A DNA stretch of 64,000 bases from Ministeria vibrans ATCC 50519 (lineage: Eukaryota; Protista; Filasterea). Both the position numbers and the translations under genes were made by a program. Positions within the stretch are counted from its first letter, which is position 1; every line of letters starts with the position of its first letter. The stretch spans positions 62,001 through 126,000 of the forward strand of contig CALSCP010002175.1 in assembly GCA_943704425.1 (NCBI GenBank). The letters run 5' to 3'. Below are positions 23,405-38,999 of this stretch, in pieces. The notes beneath the pieces are model-generated. The model had not been told where the DNA came from and did no database searches. It saw only the letters and a program-made list of their open reading frames with translations.

Positions 23405-24756
23405 TCAAAGAATCAAATTTGGTGCCAAACTGTAGGCTAAGGAGAGGGCACGGAGCGCCTCGTGGAAGACGGAATTGAGCGACCAGGGACGCAATTCTTC
23501 GCCCTCGCGAAGGACCCGCCTCGCACGCGACTCGTTGATGAGCGTTGAGTACACGGTCACATTGATGTTGTACTTTGTCCTCTGGCCGGGCTCCTTCTGC
23601 ACCACGTGCTTGAGCACGACAAGGAGCACATCTGCGCCCCACTGTTCGCGCTCTTCGGGTGACGGACTTACGCAATACGTCCTGTGGTGTTCTTCACGCA
23701 CGCAGTTGAAGCGGATCTCTGGCGGGAGATGGTGCGTCTGCACGAGTGTCTCAAAGTCGTGCAAGTGGTGCTCACGCAGCACTCGGATCGTCTCGTCAAC
23801 GTTGATTTCGACGCCCACTGTGTCACGCGTCAGTGCAATGCGCAGATCCAAAGGCGATCCCAGCACCACAATGTCGCGCTGGCTCACACGCTCCGTCGAA
23901 ATGGTCTCCTCACTATGAAACTCATCCGTCCCCGGGTCATAGTGCACAACAAACTTCTGCGCCATTTTGTCGCCCGTATAAAAGTGAAGCGAGTTGCGCA
24001 GATCCCTCTTGCCCTCTTCCACAGCGTCTGCACCAAATGCGCCCGTGAGCAGTTCGTGAACAGACTCCTTCATCCGCTCAAACTCCTGCTCGGAGTCTTC
24101 CAACTGTGCGTCTTCGAAGAAGACCACGTCGTCGCTAAATGTCCCCTTAAAACTGCCCTTGTTGTCGCGCAGCGCGACATCTGCATCGCTGACGGTGAAC
24201 TGGCGAGCTTGGAGTGTCTCGAGGTTCGGCAGTCGCAGAGTACCCAGGCGAATGCGAAAGTGAAGTGCGTCTCCAGTCGTCTGTAGGTCGCGGTACACAT
24301 CGCGAAGAAGCTGGCCAAACCGGGCATGGTCAAGCGGCACTAGGCTGGCCGGAAGAATCGCGGGCAACGCCTCGTTGTCGCGCTCCTCCGGGAGAAAGCC
24401 GCGCACATCGTCGGGTGAAAAATGGTCGCCGTCGTCGCACAACTGCCGAAATGCATTTCCTGCTTCGCCGTCCGCAGCAACTAGCCGCCGGTTGTTTTTT
24501 GGCAGGTACACCACCGTCGATAGCTGGGTAGCTTGCTCAACGGCGAGCTCAGTGGGCTTCACACTCGACACGTAGCGCTGGATAATGCCGCGCTGCTGAA
24601 ACCCGCCCCCTCGTCCACCACGGAACCCACCGCCACGGCCACCGCCGCGACCTCCCCGGTAGCTCCCTCCTCTACCGCCTCCGCCCCCGCCACGCGCCCC
24701 CCGGTAGCTCCCTCCACCGCCGCGTCCTCGACTGCCACGTCGATTTGCCCCGCCGC

Positions 24757-24790
<34 letters not shown>

Positions 24791-24814
24791 GCCTCGACTC
24801 TGTGATGCGTCCAT
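23405..24814 (-). CDS. RGG-box (Gly/Arg-rich) N-terminus plus a ~370-aa globular domain of unknown function
   Basis: Intronless 469-aa ORF with many RGG repeats, head-to-head with the helicase-ART gene. Confidence 0.75.
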
Positions 24815-25010
24815 ACGGATATATTAATAAGTTTTACGGTTATATAAAGACAAAATGAAGTGAATTAGTTCTCAGATAATCACAATTGTTTTTGTTTGTT
24901 TTGATTTTTGCATTTTCATCAACTCCACTAAAAAATTTAAAAATAGTTTCAGTTTCTATTTGACTATTCGGCGCCTCAATCTTTATTGAGACACTTGTAT
25001 CCAACGGAGC

Positions 25011-25278
25011 ATGTCCAGCGCATTGGACGAGCAGCTGGCGACAGGCATCCGCGATGCGCTGAGCCGCTTAGGGTTGAAATTGATCATCGTGGCGCGCATC
25101 AAAAAGTCCGTCCTCGAACTGCTCACTGCCCTCAGCGAGCCTGCCTGCCACGCCGCCGTGGCGACAGCCTTTGTTGCCGAATGCAAGATGCTCACAGCGG
25201 GCACTCAGGACGCGTTTTTGAGCCTGATGCGCCGAGTCATTGACAACACCAAAGGCACCTCCTCAACAACAACAACAT

Positions 25279-25320
<42 letters not shown>

Positions 25321-28300
25321 CTTCAGCCGCCTGCGCATCCTCTTCCCCTACTGTGCCGCCGCCCCCCATTTTGCCACGCCACCTCGACGGAACTGTCTTC
25401 AGAGTGACGCGCGACACGATTCAGTGCCGTGTCGACTACTCCTCGACGGAACAACGCAAGCATTTCCCTTCGGAGCTCTCTGCTCGCCTCAATCAAGCCG
25501 CCCAGCCATGGGGGTATGCCCTTCGCTCTGATGACAAGGTCCGCCTTGCAGTGGGACCAGCCAGAGGGCAGACAAAGAAAATTTACGTCCATTCTGTCAC
25601 TGTCACAAAGATCTCATCGCCCGTGCCTCGTCCGAGGGACATTTTGGTCGCCTTCGAGAACGACAATCCGACTCGCATTATTGAGATTCTTGCTGACGGC
25701 GGCGAAGCGGTTCTTGAGGCTCTGCTCACGCATGACTCGAGAGAGTGGATCAACACAACGCACCTTGCCCAATTCATCCGTGCGTGTGAGGCCGCACTCT
25801 CGTGTCCCACTGCAAACTTGCAGATGACGCGTCGGCAAACGCTTGCCGCACTCATTGGCGACAGTGAATTTTTCACCGTTGCTCTCGTTCGTCTGGCACC
25901 CAAGCTCAGTTGCGCTCGCCTCCCGGTTCTCGAGCTTATGAAGCTTATGCGTCTCATTGTGCTCAGTGCGCCACACCTCTCGCCCCACATTGTGTCTATG
26001 TGTCGCGCACTCAGCGTCAACCCCTTGGTGCGCCTTGATCCCAGTGCCATTCTCGACATCTTTGATCCGCTTGCCGACGAGTATGCGCGCAAGGACACGC
26101 GCGCACGCACACCGGCCTCCATTCACCGCCAACTCCAACAACAAGACTACACCAAACTCTCTCTGATCCCACACGTTTCCGAACTACGCTGGCCCCTACC
26201 CCTTAACATGCTTCCCGACGCTCAAATTCACTATGAAAGCGCTCACACCATGCTCGACACACTCTTCAAGCTCTACCGTGCCGATGCCTTCCTCCAACTC
26301 CAAGCTCTCGTCGTGGAGCACATCAACAGCAAAAAAAGCACGCCTGCTTCGCCATCCAAGCGCGTAGGTACGGCTAGCACAAGTCGCAACTATGTGCACA
26401 CGAACGTGCAGTTTGTCGGCTTTCATCAGACAGAGCGAGTCTACATGCACGCTCAACGCAACTGGAGTGTGCTACTGCGTCTCGACCGCAAGCCGAGCTC
26501 CTCCTCCCTTATGTACGGCAACCTTCTTGCTGTGTCGCCCAACGGCTCTTTTGCGCAACACAACACTCTCTTTGTCGCCATTGAGCGTGATGACGACAAA
26601 GGCTCTTCCAAGAAGCTCCTCATTCGAGTGCGACTGCTGCAGACTCCCACCTCACCCGATGCGACCACTGCATTGCTAATGCTAGCCCACAGTCCGTCGC
26701 TAACCTGCATTGAGAGCCCCGTCTTTTTCGTTGCCTTTGCCTCAGTCATGACTGCTCTTCAGCGTCTCTCCGACACCTCGCTGCCGTTCCCCGACGATCT
26801 CGCTGCTCCAGCCAACCTACCCTCTACCGCATCTGCTCCTCCTGCATACGTCACTGAGCAAACAAACAACACCTGTGATTGGAGCATCATCTTTCCAGGT
26901 GCTTCCAAGGGTCCGTGCACGCCCAAGCACCTTGCCTTGTTGCGCACCTCCATGACCGCTTCCCACCTGGACGTGAGTCAACTTGAAGCTCTTGAACACA
27001 TCCTCTCGCATCGCCTCGCGCTTGTTCAGGGGCCCCCTGGCACCGGCAAGAGCCGCCTTGCTTCTCACCTTGTTGCGTTGCTCCTTTCCAACCCTACGCA
27101 AGACCGTCCCATTGTGGTCATCACATACAAGAACAAGGCTCTCGATGACTTTTGTCTCTCCTGTATGGAACTTGCGGGTCTTTCTCCAGGCGAGCTTGTT
27201 CGTCTCGGTAGTCGCTCTCAAGACCCAAAGGTGAGGGATGGGGGATGATTGTTTTCGGCTCTTTCAGCTTACATCACCACTTTGTACGACTTCAATAGAT
27301 TGCCGAATGCAGTGCGTCGAAACTGTTGTGGAAAACGCTCACCCACGAGCAACGGAGCTCAGTGAAGCGACTTGAGGAACAACTGTCGCCGGACAATCTA
27401 CCGCTTGAGGAGGAAGTAGAGAGGTCCATTGCGAAACTTGAAGACGCTCTGTCACTGGAGTGTGCGGTTGAGGCGTTGCTTGAGGTGTGGACGGACCGTG
27501 CGGAGCTAGTCAGCGAATTGATGGCGCTGGTGGAGCCGCCGTCGTCGTTGAGTGCATCAAAGAAGAGTAATAGAGGAGCGGTCGACTTGGACAAGAAGGA
27601 GACGTTGGAGATGCTCATTGCCGAGTTTCAGTCAATGGAGCCCGGGCAAATGCTCGATGTGGTGCGCGGGGATGAACAGTCTCAAGTGAGAGGAAGTCTG
27701 AAAGAGCGTCGTTTTCTGATGCTCAACTGGCTCACCAAAGCAGTCGCTACGTGGCTCGATGTTGCACACTGCTCTGACGCTGCCACTGGCTTCCTCGATG
27801 ACCAGACCGACGACACCGTTGCCAGTGCGCCTGACAGTGACATTTTGCACGATATCAATGACCTCGAGATGTCGCAGAACGAAGAGCGCTCGTCGACTGT
27901 GCACGAGCGTGTGGCGGCCACGAGCGAGTCGCTGGGCAACGACTTGACGAAGGAAAAGGGAAAGCGCGCAAAAGAGATGGACATAGGCGATGGTGTCGCG
28001 AAGGGACAGCCAGATGACTATCGACGTCCAGTGAGCGAGTCGGTCGAGTTGCTTACGCACGCCGTCCTGAGCGCCCTTCGTCTTGACGCTCAGCCGAACA
28101 CCACAAGCACGGCCGACGGCGACGATGCCACTTTGTTGGCCTCCATGTCACCGTTAACGTCACTGTCACACCCACGGAGCCTTGCGTCAAGCGCACCGGC
28201 CGAACGTCGCCTCTACCTCGGAGGTGTGCTTCTTGCCACAGGCCGAGTATCGCAGCTTTGCTCCCACATTAAGCGACAGCTTGCCACTGCTGACTCGCTG

Positions 28301-30881
28301 CACGCTCAGCTCATTGAGCAATATCAAGAGGCGCTCAAGTCGCTCTTGAGCCGTGCTCGCATTGTGGCCATGACGACCACAGGTATGACAAGAGACTAAT
28401 CCCAGCGCATCATTATATTATTTTTACTATTAGTATTAGTATTAGTATTATTATTACTTATTCTTATTATTCTTATTCTTATTCTTATTCTTGTCCTTAT
28501 TCTTATTCTTATTATTATTATTATTATTATATTATTATATTATTTATGTTTTTCATGCTCCAACTTTTTTTTTTCTCTTTCTGCAGGCGCTGCCATTCAC
28601 GATCGCCTTGTGCGGTCCATTGAAGGCCGTGTGCTTGTTGTGGAGGAGGCGGCGGAAATTTTGGAACCACAGTTGTTGGCGTGCCTTCACGAGCGGATTG
28701 AACACGTCATTCAGATTGGCGATCACTTGCAGTTGCAGCCAACGGTGAACACGCACCGTCTCAAGGTCGACAAGAAGTTTCGCTGGTCTCTCTTTGAGCG
28801 TCTCGTCAAGGCGAAGCGTCCCTTTGCCACCCTGCGCTTCCAAGGACGCCAGCTGCCCACTCTTGTGCCGCTGCTCCAGCAGGTGCACACTGGCTACAAA
28901 GGTCTCGAGTCCAACATGAACTCGGTCGCACACCTCAAGGCCATCAATTGTCTCTACCCTCAAGAGGCTCCTTTTACCTTTCTCGCTCATTCCAATCGAT
29001 CACAGGCCATGTACAATGAGCACGAAGCATTCCTTGTCCTGCAGCTGCTCCACCTCCTTACGACTGGCTCGAATCCCCCTGTCATCCTTAACAAAGTGAC
29101 CGTTCTCGCTGGCTACGCTCGTCAGGTCTGTCGAGAAAGAGAAATAATCCGTGATGTTTTATAATAATTTATTATTATTATTATTATTTTATCAAATTGA
29201 TGTGACTTTGACCATTCTGTTATTATTAGTGTTATTGATGTGATTTTGGCCTTTATTATTATAATTTTTTATTATTTATTATTATTATTATAATTATTAT
29301 TATTATTATTGTAGACATTGATTGATGTGACTTTGATCATTCTGTAGGTTGAATTGTTGAAGAAGTTGTTGTCGAACCACGACATGTCGGAAGCGACAGT
29401 GATGACAGTCGACGCAGCCCAGGGTGCCGAGAACGACGTAGTGATTGTGTCGCTGGTGCGAAGCGCTGGTGCAGGGACGCCCATTGGGTTCATGAGCACA
29501 AACAATCGCATTGTGGTGCTGGCTTCGCGTGCGCGACGTGCTCTCTACCTGGTCGGCCACGGCGAAACATTTAAGTCTGCTCGCAAGTCTGTTTGGCCCA
29601 ATCTCATCAAGTTTATGAGCACCAAATCAGCCGTGGTCTCCCAGCTTGACTACGTCTGTCCTGTACATGGGCGCACCAAGAACACCTTTTCACTCAAAGC
29701 AAACGGTATGATAATATAATAATTATTAGAATAATTAGAATTATATAATAATTATTAATGATATTTAAACAACAATAAACAACCAAAGGTGCGTCTACCG
29801 GTCTTGACACTCTCTTTGTAGTGCCTCAACAGCAGCAGTGGAAACCACCTCTATTGTGCTGCGAACAAGTGAAGCTGAATTGCAAGCACACAGCTCTGTG
29901 TAGTGAAGCCACAGCCTCCTTGTTTGTCTGTCGCGACTGTATCAAACCCGTTATGACCGTACGAAAAGTGACAAAACCAAAATATTATTATGTTATTAAT
30001 TATTTATTTATTTATTTTGGGGGGGACCTTGTTCTTTGTGATCTTTTCAGGGCAACAGAGTGCCGCCCTCTTACTGGACAAGCATCAAGGCGAACAAGCG
30101 TCCCGATCATGGCAAAGAGTTTTTTGATGTAACAGACTCTATGCGACATTGCGTGGAGGACCTGATGAATGCGACCGCCGAGCCCGCAACGCACGGCACC
30201 GGTGCCGACTCGCACAAGGAAATATTTATCAAGTTTAAGGTGCTCAAAGTGGAGCGGTGTGAAAACTGGCCGCTGTGGGAACGCTATGCACAGTATCGTC
30301 GACAGCGCCTGGAGGAGTTGGTTGGAGAGAGAGCTGTGCTGCGCGACGAATACGAAACGCAGCTGCAAAAGGGCATTTTGAAGACGCACGAAGTATTGAC
30401 GGACGCCTGGCGCAGGGGAGATGATAAGATGCACAGCTTTTGCGAGTCTCGTGCGAACGAACATTTTTTGTTTCACGGGACGGATGCTGCCGCGAGCAAC
30501 AACATTGGCAGTGGGGGTTTTATCGACAAGATTGGCAAAGGCATGTTCGGCGAAGGCTGTTACTTTGCCGAGCGATCGTCCAAGTCAGACCATTACACGG
30601 GGACTTCACCTCCTTACACTATGTTTGTCGCTCGCGTCACTCTGGGTCTCTACCACGAGCAGCTACATTCAGACAACACTTTGAAAATGCCGCCTTGCTC
30701 TCGCCCGTACTGCCACGACTTCAAGTTGTGTGCGTCACAGCGTCACGTACGCCCTCACAGTGTCGTCTTTGTGGCTGGCCAGCGACCCCAATCCCATCCT
30801 GCTCGCTTCCGTGAGTTTATTGTGTACGACAAGGCGGCCGCCTACCCCGAGTATCGCGTGACCTACAAGAGGGTGACATGA
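25011..30881 (+). CDS. ZNFX1/UPF1-like SF1 RNA helicase fused to a C-terminal ART (PARP-like) domain
   Basis: Helicase motifs LVQGPPGTGKS, VITYKNKALD, LVRLGSRS, AMTTTG, VVEEAAE, IGDHLQLQP, SLFERL, TVDAAQGAENDVVIVSLVRS and NRIVVLASRAR; ZNFX1-like LFKLYRAD and IESPVFF..F..V..ALQ; then NEHFLFHGT, GMFGEGCYFAERSSKSDHY and RFREFIVYDKAAAYPEY. Confidence 0.88.
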
Positions 30882-31272
30882 AAGTGACATATTGAATGAA
30901 ACCCAATGCAAACCCAAGCAAGGGTGAAATACTTTCAAAAAGCTTAACCGTATTTAGTGACTAGCTATGGCTAGCTAGGGGTAAGATGATAAAACAGTGA
31001 CAGGAATCCCATTATATTAATGGAGTCACAGAAGGAAAAGTAAAATATAAATAATTTTATTGATCTTTTCGAATTTCGCCGCAACAGAGGTAAGCCCGCC
31101 TCAGACGAACCCCAAATCTCCAAAGAATGAAGCGCCCATATAGATCCACAAAAAATAAATCAAAATAATTAATTAAAATAATTATTTAGATTTTAGAATA
31201 AGTCAAATTATTTCGTCCTCTTCCTTTTTTGTCGCCCCCCCTTAGTGTACCTCCCCGCTCGAAGAGGAGAGC

Positions 31273-32632
31273 ATGTCGGGAATCGGCGCAGCGACGGTGC
31301 GATCTACATTTTGCTGAAAAAAAAGAAACTGGTTTTGTCGACCAGTGTTTTCCGCTCGTTTAACACACACCCCGGCTTTGCCCTACCACGCCCTGTGTCT
31401 GCTGCATGTCCTCCCATCGCGCTTTTGCCTCAATCTTCGCCGATTGTCTTTGTTGAACCGGCTTTTTTTTTTTCTCACCTTCAAATGTTTCGCTCCTGCA
31501 AACGTCCGGACTTCTTACCGCATTTCCAAGCCGCATGCGGACTCTTCTTGGTGAAAAAATGTTGATTGGCGCGCGCGGGCTAGAGGGTGACGCTGTTGGA
31601 GTGGCAAATGGCGCAAAATCAACATTGGCTTCGACCGTCTGTGTTCAACTTACGTCTCTCCTTCGCTTCTACAGCAAAAGTATGCGGACGCCGTCATCAA
31701 GGATGTCATTGCGAGTATTCGTGAAGAGTTTCTTGCGCAGGGAGTTGGCGAGGATGTCGTGGATGATCTGCAAGAGGTACACAACGACAGCAGGAGATTG
31801 GTGGACGAGACACTGACCTTTCGATCAACTGCAGTTGTGGAGAGAGAAACTGAACCAGGCAAGAGTATTTCCGACGTCGGCCAATGTGGTGTACGCTCCA
31901 GCAAGTCGTGCGCGCGGAACCGTAATCAAGCGAGAGAGAGAGGAGAAAGAAACAAAGTGATAGAGAGAGAGAGAGAGAGCGAGAACACAAACCTCAACTC
32001 ATCATTCCTTGTTACATATATGCAGTCAAGCAAAACCAACGACAAAAACACGACAGGCACAAACACAGACGCAAGCACATCATCAGGTGACAACCCAACA
32101 ACAACAGCAGCAGCAGGAGCAACATTGCCGTATCCCCTGCGCAACAGCACAGCCGATCAGACCCCCTCTGTCCCCGCATCACTCGCCGCGCTCCCTTCGC
32201 TCCCGCTTGCTCCTTCCGCCTCACTCGCCGCCACTCCCACACTGGGTATCCACTATCTTCCGAAATCTCCATCCCAGTCCCTTATATTCCTTGCGATCGT
32301 ATTCCTTGTGGGGCACCACTAACAACACACATTCACAGATAAACCCAAAGACGGATCAACGAGCAAAAAATCGGCTATGGATCTGCGCACTGAGGGTATG
32401 ATTGATCCAGACGACGACGACAACAGCTCACTGGGCGATGATGATGATGACGATGAGCCTGATGATGTGAGTGAGAGCGAGAGAGTGTCTGTGATTATCA
32501 TGAAGACTGTGCATTTTTGTTGTTTTACATGTTGCTCACTGTCTTTTTTGTGTTTAGAATCCTGATGAATTTTTGGTCTGTCAGTACACTAAAGTAACGC
32601 GAAAGAAGACCCAATGGAAATGTCAATTGAAG
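31273..32632 (+). CDS. GTF2A1: TFIIA large subunit (alpha/beta precursor), 3' end missing
   Basis: QKYADAVIKDVIASIREEFLAQGVGEDVVDDLQE (alpha), an acidic linker, and EFLVCQYTKVTRKKTQWKCQLK (beta). The final exon was not found. Confidence 0.8.
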
Positions 32633-32696
32633 GTAGACACTCATTAAATATAAAAATAATATTATAAAACATTATAATAATAATACTAATAATAAT

Positions 32697-32748
32697 ACTC
32701 TCTCTCTTTCTATCACTTTGTTTCTTTCTCCCTCTCTCTCTCTCTCTC

Positions 32749-32837
<89 letters not shown>

Positions 32838-32859
32838 ATCACTTTGTTTCTTTCTCCCC

Positions 32860-32954
<95 letters not shown>
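32697..32954. repeat. (CT)n microsatellite between two 3'-truncated convergent genes
   Basis: Direct inspection. Confidence 0.9.
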
Positions 32955-32958
<4 letters not shown>

Positions 32959-33004
32959 AATATAATGTATTGTCCCTCGCTCTCTCTCTCTGCATCTTTC
33001 TTAC

Positions 33005-33778
33005 CTGAGGTCGCTCAATGACTTCTGCCTCGCGAATGACAATAGAGTAGCCGCGAAAGTAACCCGCGTAGAGACGACGGGGTGACTGCGAGGCCAGTTG
33101 GCTCATAAGACGAGGAACATACACATAGCTGTCGTCGTCAATCTGCACAATGGGAGTCGCTTGAGACACAGCAAAAACGTACAGACTACGGACCTTTGTG
33201 AGCCATTTGAAACGAAAGTGGGTTCGTGCGTGCTTGATGGAGAGAATGACTTTGGTAGTGAGGTTGCCGTAGGACTCCCTGTAGTCGTCGAGAAGCACAA
33301 TGTCGTTGTGCTGGGCGAGTTCTTCGCGGAAGAGCCGAGCGCGTCGCCGCTTCACCATGTCCGACGTGTTCTCGTCGCTCTCGAAGCCTAAGATGCCCAC
33401 GTAGAAGCGGAGGATGCAGTGATGGCGTGGGGTTGGATCGGACGCACCCTGTGGCGAGCAGTAGCGTCCGTACGTGTCGCGAATCACCTTGCGAAAGGCC
33501 AATCGGTCGAGGTGAGTGATCGACACCAAAAGCAGGTCTGTCTCGGCCAAACACTCGGCAGCGCCCTTTCCCGCGCCACACTGCGGTGTCTGTTCCAGAT
33601 TGACACCCAGTGTGTCGGTTACGGCCCGTCGCATTCGTCTCGGAGCGGAGGAGGGCGCCACATCGACTTCGCGCACGCCGACGGGATTCACAGGTGCCTC
33701 TGGCCCTCCCGACGACAGCAACAGGGCAACAAGCCAGCCCACGATCAGACCCAAAAGGACTGCTCCAAACGGGCGCAT
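33005..33778 (-). CDS. GT31 beta-1,3-galactosyltransferase-family type II membrane protein, 3' end missing
   Basis: N-terminal TM; RKVIRDTYG; DIVLLDDYRESYGNLTTKV; K|IDDDSYV (DxD motif). Confidence 0.8.
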
Positions 33779-33857
33779 ATAATGTCAAAAAATGAATGAA
33801 AGTATGAAACCAGTCCTCAAACTGAAACCACCAAAGTGAAATTGTGTAAACAATCAT

Positions 33858-36173
<2,316 letters not shown>

Positions 36174-36369
36174 GCCGACAGCGTCCGCAGACGACGACCT
36201 AATGCATGAAGCATACTTGACAGTAAAGAGAGGATCAAGGGAGAAAATCGATTGAATGTTTATTGTTTAATGTTGAGTGTTGAGTGTTGAATTTTTGATG
36301 AGAAAGAATATTAACAATAGAACCGTTGAATAGTTATTATTTTCGCTTTTGCTTTGCTTGTCCAGGACC

Positions 36370-38063
36370 ATGTCTGAACCGACTGGTGAGACGTCCAAGC
36401 GTCCCAAGGGTAAGGATATTTTGCGTACAGGAAATGGGTTTCTCTTTCTGACTCTCTCTTTCCCTCTCTCTCCTCTCTCCTCCCGTCTGATTCTTGGCGG
36501 GTGCAGACACGGCGTTCCGCCAGCAGCGGCTGCCGGCCTGGCACCCCTTAATAACGCCCAAGTCGGTCATTCCCGTGTTTCTTCTTGTCGCAGTCGTCTT
36601 TGTGCCCCTCGGCATCGGCATGCTCGTCACCACCAACGCCGTATGTGCCATTCCCCTCCCCCTTGACCCCTCCACTCTCTCCATTTCGTCGTCTGTGTTG
36701 TGTTGGCGCAAAAGGGGAATTTTTTTTTCTGTCGTTTTGATGTTTTAAAAATATCCTCAACACAAAAGAGACTGAAGTGAGTGTCTATTCTGCAGCTGTC
36801 CGAGTACTCTTTCGACTATACCAACTGTGCGGCGCTCGAGGGAGGCGGTACGTGTGCATCGCAGGTAAGAACAGATTCTTTAGAATCAACCTTCAAACTG
36901 ACACACAATCTACACAATATTTACACTATCACTTTGCTTCTCTCTCTCTATCACTCTCTCAAACTCTCAAACTCACACACACACACACACACTCACTCAC
37001 TTTGTTTCTAAACCCTCCCCTCTCTTTTTCATACGCACAGGTCGCAATGGGCTTTCAAAACTGCACCTGTAACATCACCGTCACTATTCCCAAGACACTC
37101 GACGGCACCGTCTACATGTATTATGGCCTGACCAACTTTTACCAGGTACAAAAAGGGTTTTGTCTTGGTTTGTCATCATTTTCACCTTTCTTCTTCTTCT
37201 GTAGAACCACCGTCGCTACGTCAAGTCACGCGACGACGTTCAACTGAACGGCGCTCTTGCAGCCGCTAAGACGTGTGACCCTCTGACAAGTGCCGGCGGA
37301 GCGCCTTACGCGCCCTGTGGACTTATCGCCAACAGCATGTTTAACGGTACGAAACGACTGTGCACACTGCTTGCTTCTTACGTTACTTGCGTAGACACCC
37401 TCCGCCTTGTTCCAGCACTGGGCGGCCCGCCGATCTTCCAGAAGAGCACGGGGATTGCGTGGACGAGCGACGTTGACACCAAGTTCAACAACCCGCCGCC
37501 CAGCAGCAACCTGACGCTCGCCTTTGCCGGCTCCCTCCAGCCGCCCAACTGGCCCTTCTCGCCCGCCGAAATTGGCAACACCGCCGGGCACCCCAACGGC
37601 CCTGGCTTCAAGAACGAGGACTTTATTGTGTGGATGCGTGTGGCGGCTCTCCCCAACTTCCGCAAGCTTTACCGCATTCAAGAGAACGGTCTGCAGGCCG
37701 GCGACTACTTTCTCCTTGTAGACTACAGTACGCGCGCAAAAAATTCTCTCTCGTGTGTGTATGTGTCTTTGTGTGTGTGTGTGTCTTTGTGTGTCTTTGT
37801 GGTGCGTGTGTTTGTGTGTGACTGACCAGTGTGTGTGTGTGTGTGTTATGTGTTGCGTAGACTTCCCTGCGCTCAACTTTGAAGGCACCAAGTCGATGAT
37901 TGTGACGCAGAGCAGTTGGATTGGCGGCAAAAGTGCATTTCTGGGCGTTGCGTACATTGTTGTTGGTGCTATATGTCTGCTCATTGGCGCCTTCTTCATC
38001 CTCCTCAACCGCATCAAGCCCCGCGCTCTTGGCGATCCCGCCCTCCTCAAGTGGTCCTACTGA
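36370..38063 (+). CDS. CDC50: CDC50/LEM3 P4-ATPase flippase beta subunit
   Basis: FRQQRLPAWHP, YYGLTNFYQ|NHRRYVKSRD, PCGLIANSMFN, NEDFIVWMRVAALPNFRKLY, WIGGKSAFLGVAYIVVG. Confidence 0.96.
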
Positions 38064-38185
38064 TCCTCTCTTTTTGTTTTTCGAAAATGAACGATTGTAT
38101 TTTCTTTTCAGTACTATTACTTTTTAAAACGAACAAACATCACAATAACAGTACATTTTCATTTGGGTTTTTATTATTTTGTCTC

Positions 38186-38948
38186 ATGTCCTCCCAACGA
38201 ATCCTCACCCTCCAACAACACCTTACTCCTTTCTCCATGTCTGCCGCAAGCACTGCCGACCTCTCTAAAATCAACAATCTCTCCAACGCAGATGCACAAT
38301 TGTGCTTTGAACAGTACGCCAAAAACCATCACTCCACGCTCCTGTGTCTATCCCGCGTCTCCTATCCTCGCAGAGTATGTGCCAGCCAGGTATGGGCCTC
38401 GAGTATGGTACATCAACGTCCATTTGCCTCTCTAGCGGCGCTCATCGACACCGCCGAGCTTCTCTGGTTCGAAACGTACGCGAAACACCGTTCGCAGCTG
38501 CTCACAGCCATCGCTGCGCACGGCACACTCGGCCAGGCGGTTGCTGAACAGCGTGATGCTGTCAATCATGCCCACGACGGCGATCTAGCGACGCTACGTC
38601 AAGCAAATGAGCAATACGAGACGCGACACGGTCACAAGTGCATTGTGTTTGCGTCGGGTCTCACTGTGCCCGCCATGATCAGTGCCGTCCGCTCACGACT
38701 TGGCAACTCTGTCGACACTGAGTTTGATCTATGTGCTCAACAGGTAGGCACACGCGCGCACCACAAAGACATACACACACACCACAAAGACATACACACC
38801 ACAAAGACACACACACCACAGAGACATACGCACACACCACAAAGACACACTCACACACCACAAAGACACACACACACCACAAAGACATACACACACGCAC
38901 CACAAAGACATACACACACACCACAAAGACATAAACACACACCACAAA

Positions 38949-38999
<51 letters not shown>

